Positions 30,560-40,975 of a stretch of 63,856 bases of DNA are shown piece by piece. A program made the translations under genes and the position numbers. Location of the stretch: positions 1-63,856 of the forward strand of contig CAVUPH010000036.1 of the NCBI GenBank assembly GCA_963743305.1. The letters are read 5' to 3'. The first letter of the stretch is position 1, and each line of letters starts with the position of its first letter. The notes beneath the pieces are model-generated. The model worked only from the letters and a program-made list of their open reading frames with translations. It was not told where the DNA came from and did not search any database. The DNA is from an uncultured delta proteobacterium. Its GTDB lineage: Bacteria; Desulfobacterota; RBG-13-43-22.

Positions 30560-32642
30560 ATGAACATTATAGGATTTGCGCTTATCTGCGGCGCTGCCGG
30601 GGTGTTGTACGCCCTCGTGACCGCGGCCTGGGTGAACAAGCAGGACGCCGGGTCCAAACGTATGCAGGATATCTCGAATGCGGTCAAGGAAGGGGCTTAT
30701 GCCTTTCTGGCCCGGGAGTATAAGACCGTGGCCATAGTGGCCGTAATTCTGCTGATCATTATTGCCCTGGTCCCGGCCCTCGGCCCCTGGACGGCCCTCG
30801 GTTTCATTATCGGGACAGCCGGCTCGGCCTTTGCCGGCTTTGTCGGCATGTGGGTGACGGTTCGGGCCAACGTCCGGACGACCCAGGCGGCCACTAAGGG
30901 GATCCAGGCCGCGCTCACCCTGTCATTCAAGGGCGGTTCGGTCACCGGCATCATGGTGGTGGGTCTCGGCATCATCGGGCTGGCGGGATATTTCGCGATT
31001 GCCAGGGCCTATGCCGGAGAGGCGGCTTTCCATGCCCTCATCGGCCTCGGCTTCGGCTGCTCTCTGATGAGCGTTTTTGCCCGGATTGCCGGCGGTATCT
31101 ACACCAAGGCGGCCGACGTGGGCGCCGACCTGGTCGGTAAGGTGGAAGCCGGCATCCCGGAAGACGACCCCCGCAACCCGGCGGTTATCGCCGACAACGT
31201 GGGCGACAACGTAGGCGACTGCGCCGGCATGGCGGCCGACCTCTATGAAACCTATACGGTAACGCTGGTAGCCGCCATGCTGCTGGCCAAGTCGGTTTTC
31301 GGCGCCGATAGTCCCTGGGTCGAATTCCCGCTGCTCCTGGGCGGCGTTTCGATCATTGCCTCGATCATCGGCACCTATTTCGTAAAGCTCGGCGCCAAGC
31401 AGTACATCATGGGCGCGTTGTATAAGGGGCTGGCCGTCTCGGGGGTGCTCGCGGCCATCGCCTTTTATGCGGTAACCGTCTGGTTCATGGGAGGCCTCGG
31501 CGAAAACACCGGCGGCTTCACCCCCGCGAGCATCTTCGGCACGGCCCTAATCGGCCTGATCCTGACCGGCCTCATCGTCGTGATTACGGAGTACTATACC
31601 GCCAATCAGTACCGGCCGGTAAAGACCATCGCCAAAGCCAGTCTGACCGGCCACGGCACCAATGTCATCGCCGGCCTGGCCATGAGTATGGAAGCGACGG
31701 CGTTGCCGGCGCTGGTTATCGTGGGCGCCATTCTTGGTTCGTATGCCCTCGGCGGCGGGATTCAGCGGAAATGCGAGCAGCGGTCTCTTCGCCATCGCCC
31801 TTTCCGCGGTCTCCATGCTCTCCATGACCGGCATCGTAGTGGCCATTGACTCCTATGGACCGATCACGGACAACGCCGGAGGGATCGCCGAGATGGCCGA
31901 ACTTCCTCCGGAAGTGCGGGCCATTACCGATCCGCTCGACGCGGTCGGTAATACCACCAAGGCGGTCACTAAAGGCTATGCCATCGGATCAGCCGGGTTG
32001 GCCGCACTGGTTCTGTTTGCCGAGTATGCACGGGAACTGGAAAAAATCGCCCAAAAGGTCGGGGGAGCAATTAAATTTGATCTTTCCGATCCCATGGTCA
32101 TAGCCGGCCTTTTTATCGGCGGCTTGATCCCTTACTACTACGGCGGCCGGCTGATGCTGGCGGTCGGCCGGGCGGCGGGCGGGGTCGTCGAAGAGGTCCG
32201 GAGGCAGTTCCGGGAGATCAAAGGCATCATGGAAGGCACCGCCAAACCGGAGTACGGCAAGTGTGTGGATATCGTCACCAAGTCCGCCATCAAGGAAATG
32301 ATGATCCCGGCCCTGATCCCGGTCGCAGCTCCGATTATTGTCGGCTTTGTTTTGGGACCGAAGGCTCTCGGCGGTCTGCTGATCGGATGCATTCTGACCG
32401 GTCTCTTTCAGGCCATCGCCATGACCTCCGGCGGCGGCGCTTGGGATAACGCCAAGAAATCCTTTGAAGACGGCGTCACGGACGATAAGGGCGTCGTTCA
32501 CAAGAAGGGCAGCGAAGGCCACAAGGCCTCCGTCACCGGCGATACCGTCGGCGACCCCTATAAGGATACCGCCGGACCGGCCATCAACCCGATGATCAAG
32601 GTCATCAACATTGTGGCTTTGCTGATCGTACCTTTACTCTAA
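30560..32642 (+). CDS. hppA: Membrane-bound proton/sodium-translocating pyrophosphatase, K+-independent signature; apparent 1-nt insertion near 31757
   Basis: [67 protein letters not shown]. Confidence 0.93.
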
Positions 32643-32678
32643 TAACCAAACTAACACGCACGTTTGATCGTTTTATTT

Positions 32679-32713
32679 AAAGAGGGGACAGGGTACAACC
32701 CTGTCCCCTCTTT
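32679..32713. terminator. Rho-independent terminator after hppA
   Basis: AAAGAGGGGACAGGG-TACAA-CCCTGTCCCCTCTTT, a perfect 15-bp stem. Confidence 0.85.
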
Positions 32714-32757
32714 CCTCTCTATTCGAACCGCCCCCCCCACGACCGAATAAATAAGGC

Positions 32758-32787
32758 TTGACAGAAAACCTTCCCTGTGGTTTAAAT
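32758..32787 (+). promoter_or_regulatory. Putative sigma70 promoter of the rpmH operon
   Basis: TTGACA at 32758-32763, then 17-18 bp to TTTAAA/TTAAAT. Confidence 0.5.
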
Positions 32788-32819
32788 AAAGTTTAACCTC
32801 ATTAAGGAGCGGTTATTCC

Positions 32820-32954
32820 ATGAAAAGAACATTTCAGCCCAGCAATATTAAACGCGCCCGGACCCACGGTTTCCTGGTACGCATGAGTACCCGGGCCGGG
32901 AGGAACGTCATTAACCGTCGCCGGGCCAAGGGACGAAAACGATTAGCGGTCTAA
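32820..32954 (+). CDS. rpmH: 50S ribosomal protein L34 (missing from the ORF track)
   Basis: Manual translation [44 protein letters not shown]; RBS AAGGAG. Confidence 0.97.
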   Translation: MKRTFQPSNIKRARTHGFLVRMSTRAGRNVINRRRAKGRKRLAV

Positions 32955-32984
32955 CAGCCGCTTTCCATTGCGAGGGATTCAGTA

Positions 32985-33326
32985 TTGGAGGTTGCGGTAA
33001 CCCAAACCTTTCGACCGGAAGATCGGGTCCGAAAACATCGCGATTTTGTACAACGATCGCCGCAAACCCAAAAACTGCGCCTGGCCCACTTTTTAATCGT
33101 AATTAAACCGAACACCTGGGAACACCCTCGGTTGGGATTGTCCGTAGGAAAAGAACGGGGAGGGGCCGTCGAACGCAACCGGATCAAACGGCGGTTGCGG
33201 GAATTTTTTCGCCGGAATAAAGGCCGTCTCCCGCCTTCGCGGGACATCATCATTATCGCCTTAAAAGGATCGAGCCCATTAACATACCATCAGGTTGTCG
33301 AAGAGTTGACCCCCCTATTGGTTTGA
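32985..33326 (+). CDS. rnpA: Ribonuclease P protein component
   Basis: RLGLSVGK..GGAVERNRIKRRLREFFR; synteny. Confidence 0.93.
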   Translation: MEVAVTQTFRPEDRVRKHRDFVQRSPQTQKLRLAHFLIVIKPNTWEHPRLGLSVGKERGGAVERNRIKRRLREFFRRNKGRLPPSRDIIIIALKGSSPLTYHQVVEELTPLLV

Positions 33327-33556
33327 GCCGGTTAGGGTACGGCCTCCTTAGAAGCTTTTTTTTAATAGGGATCCGAGGGTATCAGTGGGTGATTTCACCC
33401 TTGTTCCCCTCCTCCTGCCGTTTTTATCCCACCTGTTCGGAATACGCTATCCAGGCCATTCAAACCTATGGTCTCTGCCGAGGGATAGTCCTGTCTTTGA
33501 AAAGGATAGGACGCTGCCACCCCTTCTCACCCGGTGGGTTTGACCCCATCCGCTAA
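33323..33556 (+). CDS. yidD: Membrane protein insertion efficiency factor
   Basis: YQWVISP...SCRFYPTCSEYA..RIGRCHPF.PGGFDP. Confidence 0.93.
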   Translation: MSRLGYGLLRSFFLIGIRGYQWVISPLFPSSCRFYPTCSEYAIQAIQTYGLCRGIVLSLKRIGRCHPFSPGGFDPIR

Positions 33557-33596
33557 GGGCCGGTAAATCGACATTGACCCGGAGCCGATCGATATT

Positions 33597-35249
33597 ATGA
33601 TGGATAAAAAAGTAATCTTGGCCTTTGCCCTGTCTGTGGCGGTTTTTGTGCTGTACTCTTTTTTTCTCGGACCCCAAGAACCGGTTAAACCGCCAACTTC
33701 CAAGCCCGGACAGCCGTCCGGCACGCCCATCGCTGACTCCCAGACCGTTGCGCCTCCCGTGACGGCCGCTGCGGACACTTCCCCGAAATCCTTGACCCCT
33801 TCCTCCGCCAAGCCGGCTAAAGACATCACCGTTAAAACCAAATGGTATGAGGCCGTCTTTTCCGAACGGGGAGGGAGCCTGAAAAGTTTTAAATTAACCG
33901 CCTACAAAGAACGGTTGGGGGATAAAGCCCTCAAGGAATTGATCGAGGTCCGGGAGGCCGACCAGTATCCCCTGCAACTGGAATGGATTAAGACAACCCA
34001 GCCCCCTCTAAACCAGGCCTTCTTTCAGGCCGATCGCCCCTCTCTGGAATTGACCCCCCAGCAACCTCAGGGTGTCCTGAACTTTCGTTTCGTCTCCGAT
34101 CAGGGAATTAGCGTAATCAAGACCTTTACCTTTTCTTATGATTCCTACCGCATCGGCCTGGGGTTGAAGGTCATCAACGGCGCTTCAAAACCCCTGGATG
34201 ACAATTTAGCCATCTTGTTCGAAAATAGATTTCCGAAAACCGACGCCGCCGCTGCCGCCTTCCAGGGTCAACTGACTTTGATCAATGGCAAGTTTGAAGA
34301 AAAAAATATCAGCAAGTTCGATAAGGAATCGGTTCTGACCGGAAAAATCGAGTGGGGGGCGCTCTCCGACACCTATTTTATGGGCGCCCTCGCGCCCGTG
34401 GATAGCGGGGGGATCGTCAGCCTGAAGACCAGCCGCCCCGACCCGGAGCGGTTGATGACGACTTTTATCCTGCCTCCGATCAACCTGCCGGCCGGTGCGG
34501 AAAAAACCTTTCAGTATGCCCTCTATTTCGGCCCGCGGGATCTCAACATCTTGACACCTCTGAACCTGCAATTGGAAAAGGCCGTCAATTTCGGGTTCTT
34601 CGACATTGTCTCCAAGCCCTTGCTTTGGGTACTGAATTTCTTTTACGGGTATCTCCACAATTATGGCTGGGCCATTATCCTGTTGACCATTCTGGTAAAA
34701 ATCGTCTTCTGGCCTTTGACCCATAAAAGCTACAAGTCCATGAAGGACATGCAAAAACTGCAGCCCAAAATGGCCAAGATCCGGGAAAAACATAAAGACA
34801 ACAAAGAACAAATGAACCAGGAAATGATGGCCTTGTATAAAACCTACAAGGTCAATCCCATGGGGGGCTGTCTGCCCATGGTGATCCAGATACCGGTATT
34901 TTTCGCCCTTTACAGCCTCTTGGGGTACGCTATCGAACTCCGGCACGCCCCATTTTTGCTTTGGATCACCGACCTGGCGGCGCCCGATCGCCTGCCGATC
35001 GGATTCCCGATTCCCTATGTCGGCGAAGGGATTCCGGTATTGACCTTGCTCATGGGGGTCTCCATGTTCATTCAACAAAAAATGACTCCGACCACGGGCG
35101 ATCCGACTCAGGCCAAAATCATGCTCTTCCTGCCGGTGGTTTTCACTTTCATGTTTATCAATTTTGCGGCGGGATTGGTTTTGTACTGGCTGGTCAATAA
35201 CGTCCTATCCATAGGTCAACAATACTATATCAACAAGTATGTGAATTGA
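33597..35249 (+). CDS. yidC: Membrane protein insertase
   Basis: NYGWAIILLT, VNPMGGCLP, IQIPVFFALY, ELRHAPF.LWITDL, GLVLYWLVNN. Confidence 0.96.
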   Translation: MMDKKVILAFALSVAVFVLYSFFLGPQEPVKPPTSKPGQPSGTPIADSQTVAPPVTAAADTSPKSLTPSSAKPAKDITVKTKWYEAVFSERGGSLKSFKLTAYKERLGDKALKELIEVREADQYPLQLEWIKTTQPPLNQAFFQADRPSLELTPQQPQGVLNFRFVSDQGISVIKTFTFSYDSYRIGLGLKVINGASKPLDDNLAILFENRFPKTDAAAAAFQGQLTLINGKFEEKNISKFDKESVLTGKIEWGALSDTYFMGALAPVDSGGIVSLKTSRPDPERLMTTFILPPINLPAGAEKTFQYALYFGPRDLNILTPLNLQLEKAVNFGFFDIVSKPLLWVLNFFYGYLHNYGWAIILLTILVKIVFWPLTHKSYKSMKDMQKLQPKMAKIREKHKDNKEQMNQEMMALYKTYKVNPMGGCLPMVIQIPVFFALYSLLGYAIELRHAPFLLWITDLAAPDRLPIGFPIPYVGEGIPVLTLLMGVSMFIQQKMTPTTGDPTQAKIMLFLPVVFTFMFINFAAGLVLYWLVNNVLSIGQQYYINKYVN

Positions 35250-35271
35250 TTCAGGCTACGGGGGGGTACCT

Positions 35272-36000
35272 ATGGCTCTGCTTGAGGTTGAAGGAAAAAC
35301 GGTCGAAGAGGCCATTGAAATCGCCTGCCGGGAACTCAAGGTTTCCCGGGATAAACTGGAAATAGAGGTCCTCTCCGCCGGTTCCACCGGCATATTTGGT
35401 ATTGTGGGCACTAAAAAGGCGAAAATCAAAGCCTTCCTGGCGGAAGAAAAGACCGAACCGGCTTTGGAGGAGGAATCCACCCCCGTTGCTATCCCCGAGC
35501 GGAGGGAGCAGGCCGACCTGGCCAGGGAGATGGAGACCATCGCCGGGAAAATCCTGGAGTTGATGGAACTGGAAGCTCAGGTGAAGGTGAAAACCGAGGG
35601 TAATACCATTACCCTTGTCGTGGAGGGCGAAAAAAGCGGCTTGTTGATCGGCCGCCAGGGCCAAACGATCGATGCCCTGCAATATATTTTAAGCCGGATC
35701 CTCTCCCGCCTGACCCCGGATAAAATCAAACTGGTCCTGGACAGCGGCGGGTACCGGGAGCGGCGGAAAAAGTATTTATCCACCCTGGCCTTACGACTGG
35801 CCGAAAAATCCAAAAAAACCGGGAAACCGGTGGTGATGAGCCCCTTGAACGCCCACGACCGGAGGATCGTCCACGTGGCCCTGGAAAAAGATAAATCGCT
35901 GAAAACCATCAGTCGGGGTGAAGGGGCGATGAAGAAAATCATTATCTCCTCGACCAACAAAAAACCCCCGGCGGCGGAGACCCCTCCCCCGGAAGAATAG
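35272..36000 (+). CDS. jag: RNA-binding protein Jag/KhpB (Jag_N, KH, R3H)
   Basis: EGKTVEEAI, GLLIGRQGQTIDALQY, DRRIVH...S.GEG. Confidence 0.93.
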   Translation: MALLEVEGKTVEEAIEIACRELKVSRDKLEIEVLSAGSTGIFGIVGTKKAKIKAFLAEEKTEPALEEESTPVAIPERREQADLAREMETIAGKILELMELEAQVKVKTEGNTITLVVEGEKSGLLIGRQGQTIDALQYILSRILSRLTPDKIKLVLDSGGYRERRKKYLSTLALRLAEKSKKTGKPVVMSPLNAHDRRIVHVALEKDKSLKTISRGEGAMKKIIISSTNKKPPAAETPPPEE

Positions 36001-36013
36001 TCAAAGGACAACC

Positions 36014-36054
36014 TCGCAGAAAGTCGCCAGGACAGTCCTGGCGACTTTCTGCGA
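36014..36054. repeat. 41-bp palindrome with perfect 20-bp arms between jag and mnmE
   Basis: TCGCAGAAAGTCGCCAGGAC-A-GTCCTGGCGACTTTCTGCGA. Confidence 0.9.
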
Positions 36055-36085
36055 TACCATCAATACTAGCTCCCCACCTAATTTA

Positions 36086-37468
36086 ATGGAGAATCGTGAA
36101 ACCATCGCGGCCGTTTCCACACCCTTGGGGATCGGGGGGATTGGAATTATCCGTTTAAGCGGTCCCCGGGCCTGGTCCATCGCTCGAAAATTGTTTATTC
36201 CTCACCGGCCTGCTTCCGGAATAAAAACCCATCATCTGTACCTGGGTCGGATTTTAGACCCCGCCACCCACCAGTCTTTGGACGAGGTTTTCCTGAGCTA
36301 CCTGGCCGCTCCGAAGACCTATACCCGCGAAGACCTGGTGGAAATCAACTGTCACAGCGGTTCCCTGGTCCTGAAAAAGATCCTGAATCTGGTCTTGAGC
36401 CAGGGAGCCCGTCTGGCCGAACCCGGCGAATTTACCCTTCGGGCCTTCCTGAACGGCCGCATCGATCTGACCCAGGCCGAAGGGGTCATTGAACTGCTCC
36501 AGGCCCAAAGTGATCAGGCCCTTTTTCAGGCTAACAAGCTGCTGAAAGGTGAACTCCAGAAAACCATAGTCGCCCTTCAAGACGAGCTGCTTTCTCTGCT
36601 GGCTCAACTGGAGGCCGCCATCGATTTCCCCGAAGAGGAATTGGAAATCATCAACCCTAAGGACTGGAAGCAACAACTGGCTCAACAGGTCATACAACCC
36701 CTGGAAATTTTAATTCAAGCCTACGAAGACGGACAAATCTATCGGGAGGGGATTACCCTGGTCATCGTGGGTAAACCGAATGTGGGCAAGTCCAGCCTCC
36801 TCAACCGCCTCCTGCAGGAAGAACGGGCTATCGTTACCTCCGTTCCCGGGACTACCCGGGACACGATTGAGGAACCCCTGACGATCCAAGGGATACCCTT
36901 CCGACTGATTGATACGGCCGGAATCCATCAGGCCCGGGAAGAAGTCGAACAGGCCGGTATTGCCCGAAGCCGCCAAAAAATGAATGAGGCCCACCTGGTC
37001 CTGTTTATGGTGGATCGTTCCTCCCCCCTTGATGGAAAAGACCTGGACCTTTATGAGGAGATCAAGGACCGGCCGCATTTTATCATCCTCAACAAAATGG
37101 ATTTGCCCGCCGGGTTGAAGGAAGAGGAACTCTTCAGGACTTTCCCCGACGACCGACGACTGACCCTCTCCGCCAGGACCGGAGAAGGGCTGGAGGATTT
37201 GAAAAAGCAGGTGGTGGTATGGTTTCTCCAGGACCATCCCCTGGAAACCGCCCCGGCCCTGGTCCCTACCCTCCGTCAGAAGATCATTTTGGAGAAAACG
37301 CGGGAGGTCCTTCTTGAAGCGTACCGCGAAATAAGTCGCCGGGTATCTCCGGAATTCATCGCCGTTCCCGTTCAGGAGGCCCTGAACGAGTTGGGGTCCC
37401 TGGTGGGAAAGACGACCAGCGAGGACGTACTGGAAAAAATTTTCAGCCGGTTCTGTGTTGGGAAGTGA
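36086..37468 (+). CDS. mnmE: tRNA modification GTPase
   Basis: TIAAVSTP.G.GGIGIIRLSG, GEFT.RAFLNGRIDL.QAE, GKPNVGKSS, DTAGI, FSRFCVGK. Confidence 0.96.
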   Translation: MENRETIAAVSTPLGIGGIGIIRLSGPRAWSIARKLFIPHRPASGIKTHHLYLGRILDPATHQSLDEVFLSYLAAPKTYTREDLVEINCHSGSLVLKKILNLVLSQGARLAEPGEFTLRAFLNGRIDLTQAEGVIELLQAQSDQALFQANKLLKGELQKTIVALQDELLSLLAQLEAAIDFPEEELEIINPKDWKQQLAQQVIQPLEILIQAYEDGQIYREGITLVIVGKPNVGKSSLLNRLLQEERAIVTSVPGTTRDTIEEPLTIQGIPFRLIDTAGIHQAREEVEQAGIARSRQKMNEAHLVLFMVDRSSPLDGKDLDLYEEIKDRPHFIILNKMDLPAGLKEEELFRTFPDDRRLTLSARTGEGLEDLKKQVVVWFLQDHPLETAPALVPTLRQKIILEKTREVLLEAYREISRRVSPEFIAVPVQEALNELGSLVGKTTSEDVLEKIFSRFCVGK

Positions 37469-38208
37469 ATCAGAAAGCTGTGTACATAAAGAAACGTCCC
37501 ATGAATAAACCACCCAACAAAAATTTGGACCAGAATCTCGATCCGGCTGAAGCCCGCAATCTACTGGAGCTCGGTACCCGGGCACTGGACCTGAATCTCG
37601 CCCCGGAACAGATAAACCAGTTCCTGGCCTACCTGGATCTGCTGCTCAAATGGAATAGGAAAATGAACCTGACCGCTCTGCGTTCGCCGCGGGAAATCAT
37701 CATTCATCATTTTCTGGATTCCCTTCTCCTCTTGCCCTATCTGCCGGATACCGGAAACCTGCTCGACTTGGGTTCCGGCGCCGGTTTCCCCGGGCTTCCG
37801 CTAAAGATCGCCCGCCCCGGCCTGACCGTCGATTTAGCGGAGGCCACCGCCAAAAAAGTCAGTTTTTTGAAGGAAGCCCTCCGTCGCCTGGGATTGTCCG
37901 CTATGAACGTTATTCCCGTCTATCTGGGGAAAGAACCGGTGTCTCTCCCGCTGGAAGTATCCTGGGACTTCTTTGTCAGTCGGGGAGTGCAATTGGAGGC
38001 CGTCCTGAAGGCGGTAAACCCTTTTTGGGGTCCGGCACAGCGCCTGCTGCTGATGAAGGGACCGGACTGGCGCGAAGAAATTGAACGACTGGAAGCCTCG
38101 CTCAAAAAACAGCAGGTAGGGGTGGAAAGGACCATCCCTTTAGCCAACCCCTTGTCCACGAAACGATGGGTGCTGGTGATTTTAGGTAAGACCGGCCGGC
38201 TCGGGTAA
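37465..38208 (+). CDS. rsmG: 16S rRNA m7G527 methyltransferase
   Basis: LLKWNRKMNLTA, HHFLDSL, DLGSGAGFPGLPL. Start may be 37501. Confidence 0.9.
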   Translation: MNQKAVYIKKRPMNKPPNKNLDQNLDPAEARNLLELGTRALDLNLAPEQINQFLAYLDLLLKWNRKMNLTALRSPREIIIHHFLDSLLLLPYLPDTGNLLDLGSGAGFPGLPLKIARPGLTVDLAEATAKKVSFLKEALRRLGLSAMNVIPVYLGKEPVSLPLEVSWDFFVSRGVQLEAVLKAVNPFWGPAQRLLLMKGPDWREEIERLEASLKKQQVGVERTIPLANPLSTKRWVLVILGKTGRLG

Positions 38209-38367
38209 TTCACGATGTCCATTGATTCCTCATCGAGGCTTTGAAAGAACCTGGCCGTCGATCAATCCCAGGCCTCGAAGATATTTTTTGCCGGTTATCT
38301 CTTGACCAGCAAATGAACGGAGAAGTCCTATAGCTCTTTGATTTACTATTCGAAAGGGGATCATGTC

Positions 38368-40161
38368 ATGTCCAAACCAATAGGCGATGGGAAAGATAGT
38401 GTGCAGCAGGTTGCAGAACGTCCGGTTAAGAACGGCGGGGGAGTGAAATCATCGAAACCGGTGTCTGGCCGAAGCGCCGGGAAGCCGGATGCGGCGTCAC
38501 CTGCCCTTGGGAAGAAAGCCAAAAAGGAGCTGATGATTCGGCTTCCTCTCGGTATTGCGCTATTACGGGATCCGGCCTTTAATAAAGGCTCGGCCTTCAG
38601 CGAAGCGGAACGGGATGCTTTAGGCATTCGAGGCCTGTTGCCCCCCCGGATTCAAACCATGGAGGGTCAGCTCATCCGGGTTCTCGGAAACGTAAGGAGA
38701 AAGCCCACCAACCTTGATCGGTATATCTTTCTCGCGGGCCTTCAAGACCGGAACATGACCCTGTTTTACCGGCTGATTTTGGAGAATATTGAAGAGCTGA
38801 TGCCCATTGTCTACACCCCTACGGTCGGACAGGCCTGCCTGGAATACAGCTATATTATGCGAAGACCTCATGGTGTATTCATTACAGCGAAGGACAAGGG
38901 GAATATCCTTGATCTGCTACGGCACGCACGCATCCAAGATATTCGGATCATTGTGGTCACCGACGGGGAGCGCATCCTCGGCCTGGGAGACATCGGGGCG
39001 CACGGCATGGGCATTCCCTCAGGGAAGCTTGCCCTCTATACCGCCTGCGGAGGGATTCATCCCTTTCACGGTCTTCCGGTAACCATTGATGTAGGCACGG
39101 AGAACGAAGACCTGCTCAATGATCCGCTCTATATCGGCCTCCGACAACGACGGCTGCGTGGAGAGGCGTATGACGAACTGCTCGAAGAGTTTATTGTGGC
39201 GGCGCAGAAGATGTTTCCCGGCGTCCTCATCCAGTTCGAAGATTTTGCCAATCGCAATGCCTTTCGCCTCTTACAGAAATATCGGACGCGGGTTTGCTGC
39301 TTCAATGACGACATTCAGGGCACGGCTTCCGTAACGCTGGCCGGCATTTATGCCGCCACGCACATCACCGGAGGGAAGCTCAAAGACCAGAAGATCCTCT
39401 TTCTTGGCGCGGGTGAGGCGGGAATCGGCACCAGCAATCTGATGGTTACGGCTTTGGTGGATGAGGGGCTCACCGAAGAAGAGGCCCGGGAGCGATGCTG
39501 GTTTGTAGATTCCAAGGGCCTGGTCGTGAAGTCCCGTACCGACCTGCGCGGGGGCAAACTTTCCTATGCCCATGATTATGCGTTCATCCCGGACTTTCTC
39601 GGGTGCGTTGAAGCCCTCAAGCCCACGGCTATCATCGGGGTCGCGGGAAAACCCCGCCTCTTCACACAACCGGTGCTGGAAGCCATGAGCCGGATCAACG
39701 AAAGGCCTATCGTCTTCTCCCTTTCCAATCCAACTTCCAAGACCGAGTGCACGGCGCACGACGCTTACACCTGGACGAAAGGCCGCGTCATCTTTGCCAG
39801 CGGCAGCCCTTTTGATCCGGTCACGGTCAACAACCAAACATTCGTTCCTGCTCAAGGGAATAACGTTTACATCTTTCCGGGTGTGGGGTTGGGTGTCATC
39901 GCCTCCGGTGCCGCGTACGTCACGGACGAAATGTTCCTGGTGGCCGCCCGGACCCTGGCACGACATGTATCTTACGCTGATCTGGCCCAGGGAAGTCTCT
40001 ACCCTCCTTTGCCGAAGATCAGGGACGTCTCCAAAGCGATCGCCGTCGAGGTGGCCGAAACGGCATACCAGCGGGGGCTGGCGCGCGGGCCGCGACCTGA
40101 CGATTTGGCGTCCTACATCAAGTCACTCATGTATTATCCGGAATACCAACGTTTTGCCTGA
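38368..40161 (+). CDS. maeA: NAD(P)-dependent malic enzyme (large MaeA/SfcA type)
   Basis: FNKGSAF, PIVYTPTVG.AC, VVTDGERILGLGD.G, QFEDF, FNDDIQGT, GAGEAG, LSNPT, QGNNVYIFPG. Confidence 0.92.
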   Translation: MSKPIGDGKDSVQQVAERPVKNGGGVKSSKPVSGRSAGKPDAASPALGKKAKKELMIRLPLGIALLRDPAFNKGSAFSEAERDALGIRGLLPPRIQTMEGQLIRVLGNVRRKPTNLDRYIFLAGLQDRNMTLFYRLILENIEELMPIVYTPTVGQACLEYSYIMRRPHGVFITAKDKGNILDLLRHARIQDIRIIVVTDGERILGLGDIGAHGMGIPSGKLALYTACGGIHPFHGLPVTIDVGTENEDLLNDPLYIGLRQRRLRGEAYDELLEEFIVAAQKMFPGVLIQFEDFANRNAFRLLQKYRTRVCCFNDDIQGTASVTLAGIYAATHITGGKLKDQKILFLGAGEAGIGTSNLMVTALVDEGLTEEEARERCWFVDSKGLVVKSRTDLRGGKLSYAHDYAFIPDFLGCVEALKPTAIIGVAGKPRLFTQPVLEAMSRINERPIVFSLSNPTSKTECTAHDAYTWTKGRVIFASGSPFDPVTVNNQTFVPAQGNNVYIFPGVGLGVIASGAAYVTDEMFLVAARTLARHVSYADLAQGSLYPPLPKIRDVSKAIAVEVAETAYQRGLARGPRPDDLASYIKSLMYYPEYQRFA

Positions 40162-40243
40162 CACTCCGGCTTCAGCCTTCTTCGGAATCGAATAGACCGG
40201 AATCAAGGGCCTGGCTTTCTCAAGATAAATCTCCATCCGCCTT

Positions 40244-40975
40244 TCATTCCGGCCGAGTCGCCTCCTTTTCTTGCCGTTGTTTCTCCAGGGCTTTCCAATG
40301 GTGATGGTCTCGGTGTCGACGGATAGCGGCCTCCAGCCTGGGGCGCAGGAAAAAAGCCCCACCTAGAACCAGAAGGGAGATCCCGATCATGATCCCCAGA
40401 CCCAGGTAATTTTTTTCCCGGGCCAGATGACCCTGGAAGCTCAAGAAAGCCGTTCCCAAAAATCGCCCGACCGTGGAGATAATCAAAAAGGTTTTTAAAT
40501 CCATATGGCCCAGCCCGAGGAGGTAACAGAGATAATCTTTGGGAAATCCGGGAATTAAAAAAAGGAGAAAGGCGATCCAGGTCCCTTTGTGGGCCATCAG
40601 ATAATCATAGCGCTCCATGGTTTTAGGATTGATGATTCGTTCGACCAGCGGGCGGCCGACCCAGCGGGCAAAAATAAAGGCCAGCCAGGAACCAATGCCC
40701 AGCCCGATGGTAGAATACAGGAGACCGAAAAAGTTTCCGTAGATGAACCCGCCCAGAAACCCGGTAACCTCTCCGGGAATGGGGGCGAAAAGGACTTGAA
40801 AAACTTGAAGGGCAATGAAGATGAGCGGGGAGACACTACCGAAAGATTTAATAAAGCGGGCTAACCGCTGGCGGTCAAAAAAAAAGGAATAGAATTCGCT
40901 CTGGTTAACGATCAAATAGAGCAGGATGGAAAAAAGGACCAGCAGTCCCAGGCTGATTCCGATGGTCTTCTTCAT
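40244..40975 (-). CDS. TVP38/TMEM64 (DedA/VTT) membrane protein
   Basis: QVLFAPIPGEV..F.GG, FLIPGFPKDYLCY..G. Confidence 0.9.
   Translation of the reverse strand: MKKTIGISLGLLVLFSILLYLIVNQSEFYSFFFDRQRLARFIKSFGSVSPLIFIALQVFQVLFAPIPGEVTGFLGGFIYGNFFGLLYSTIGLGIGSWLAFIFARWVGRPLVERIINPKTMERYDYLMAHKGTWIAFLLFLIPGFPKDYLCYLLGLGHMDLKTFLIISTVGRFLGTAFLSFQGHLAREKNYLGLGIMIGISLLVLGGAFFLRPRLEAAIRRHRDHHHWKALEKQRQEKEATRPE

Noticed and set aside
32645-32820. oriC upstream of rpmH
   Set aside because: No dnaA and no cluster of TTATCCACA boxes; the region is explained by a terminator and a promoter.
34206-37585. Long antisense ORFs (e.g. 34206..35078, 36710..37585) and similar shadow ORFs elsewhere
   Set aside because: They lie opposite well-supported genes and are expected from high-GC codon bias; no recognisable motifs.
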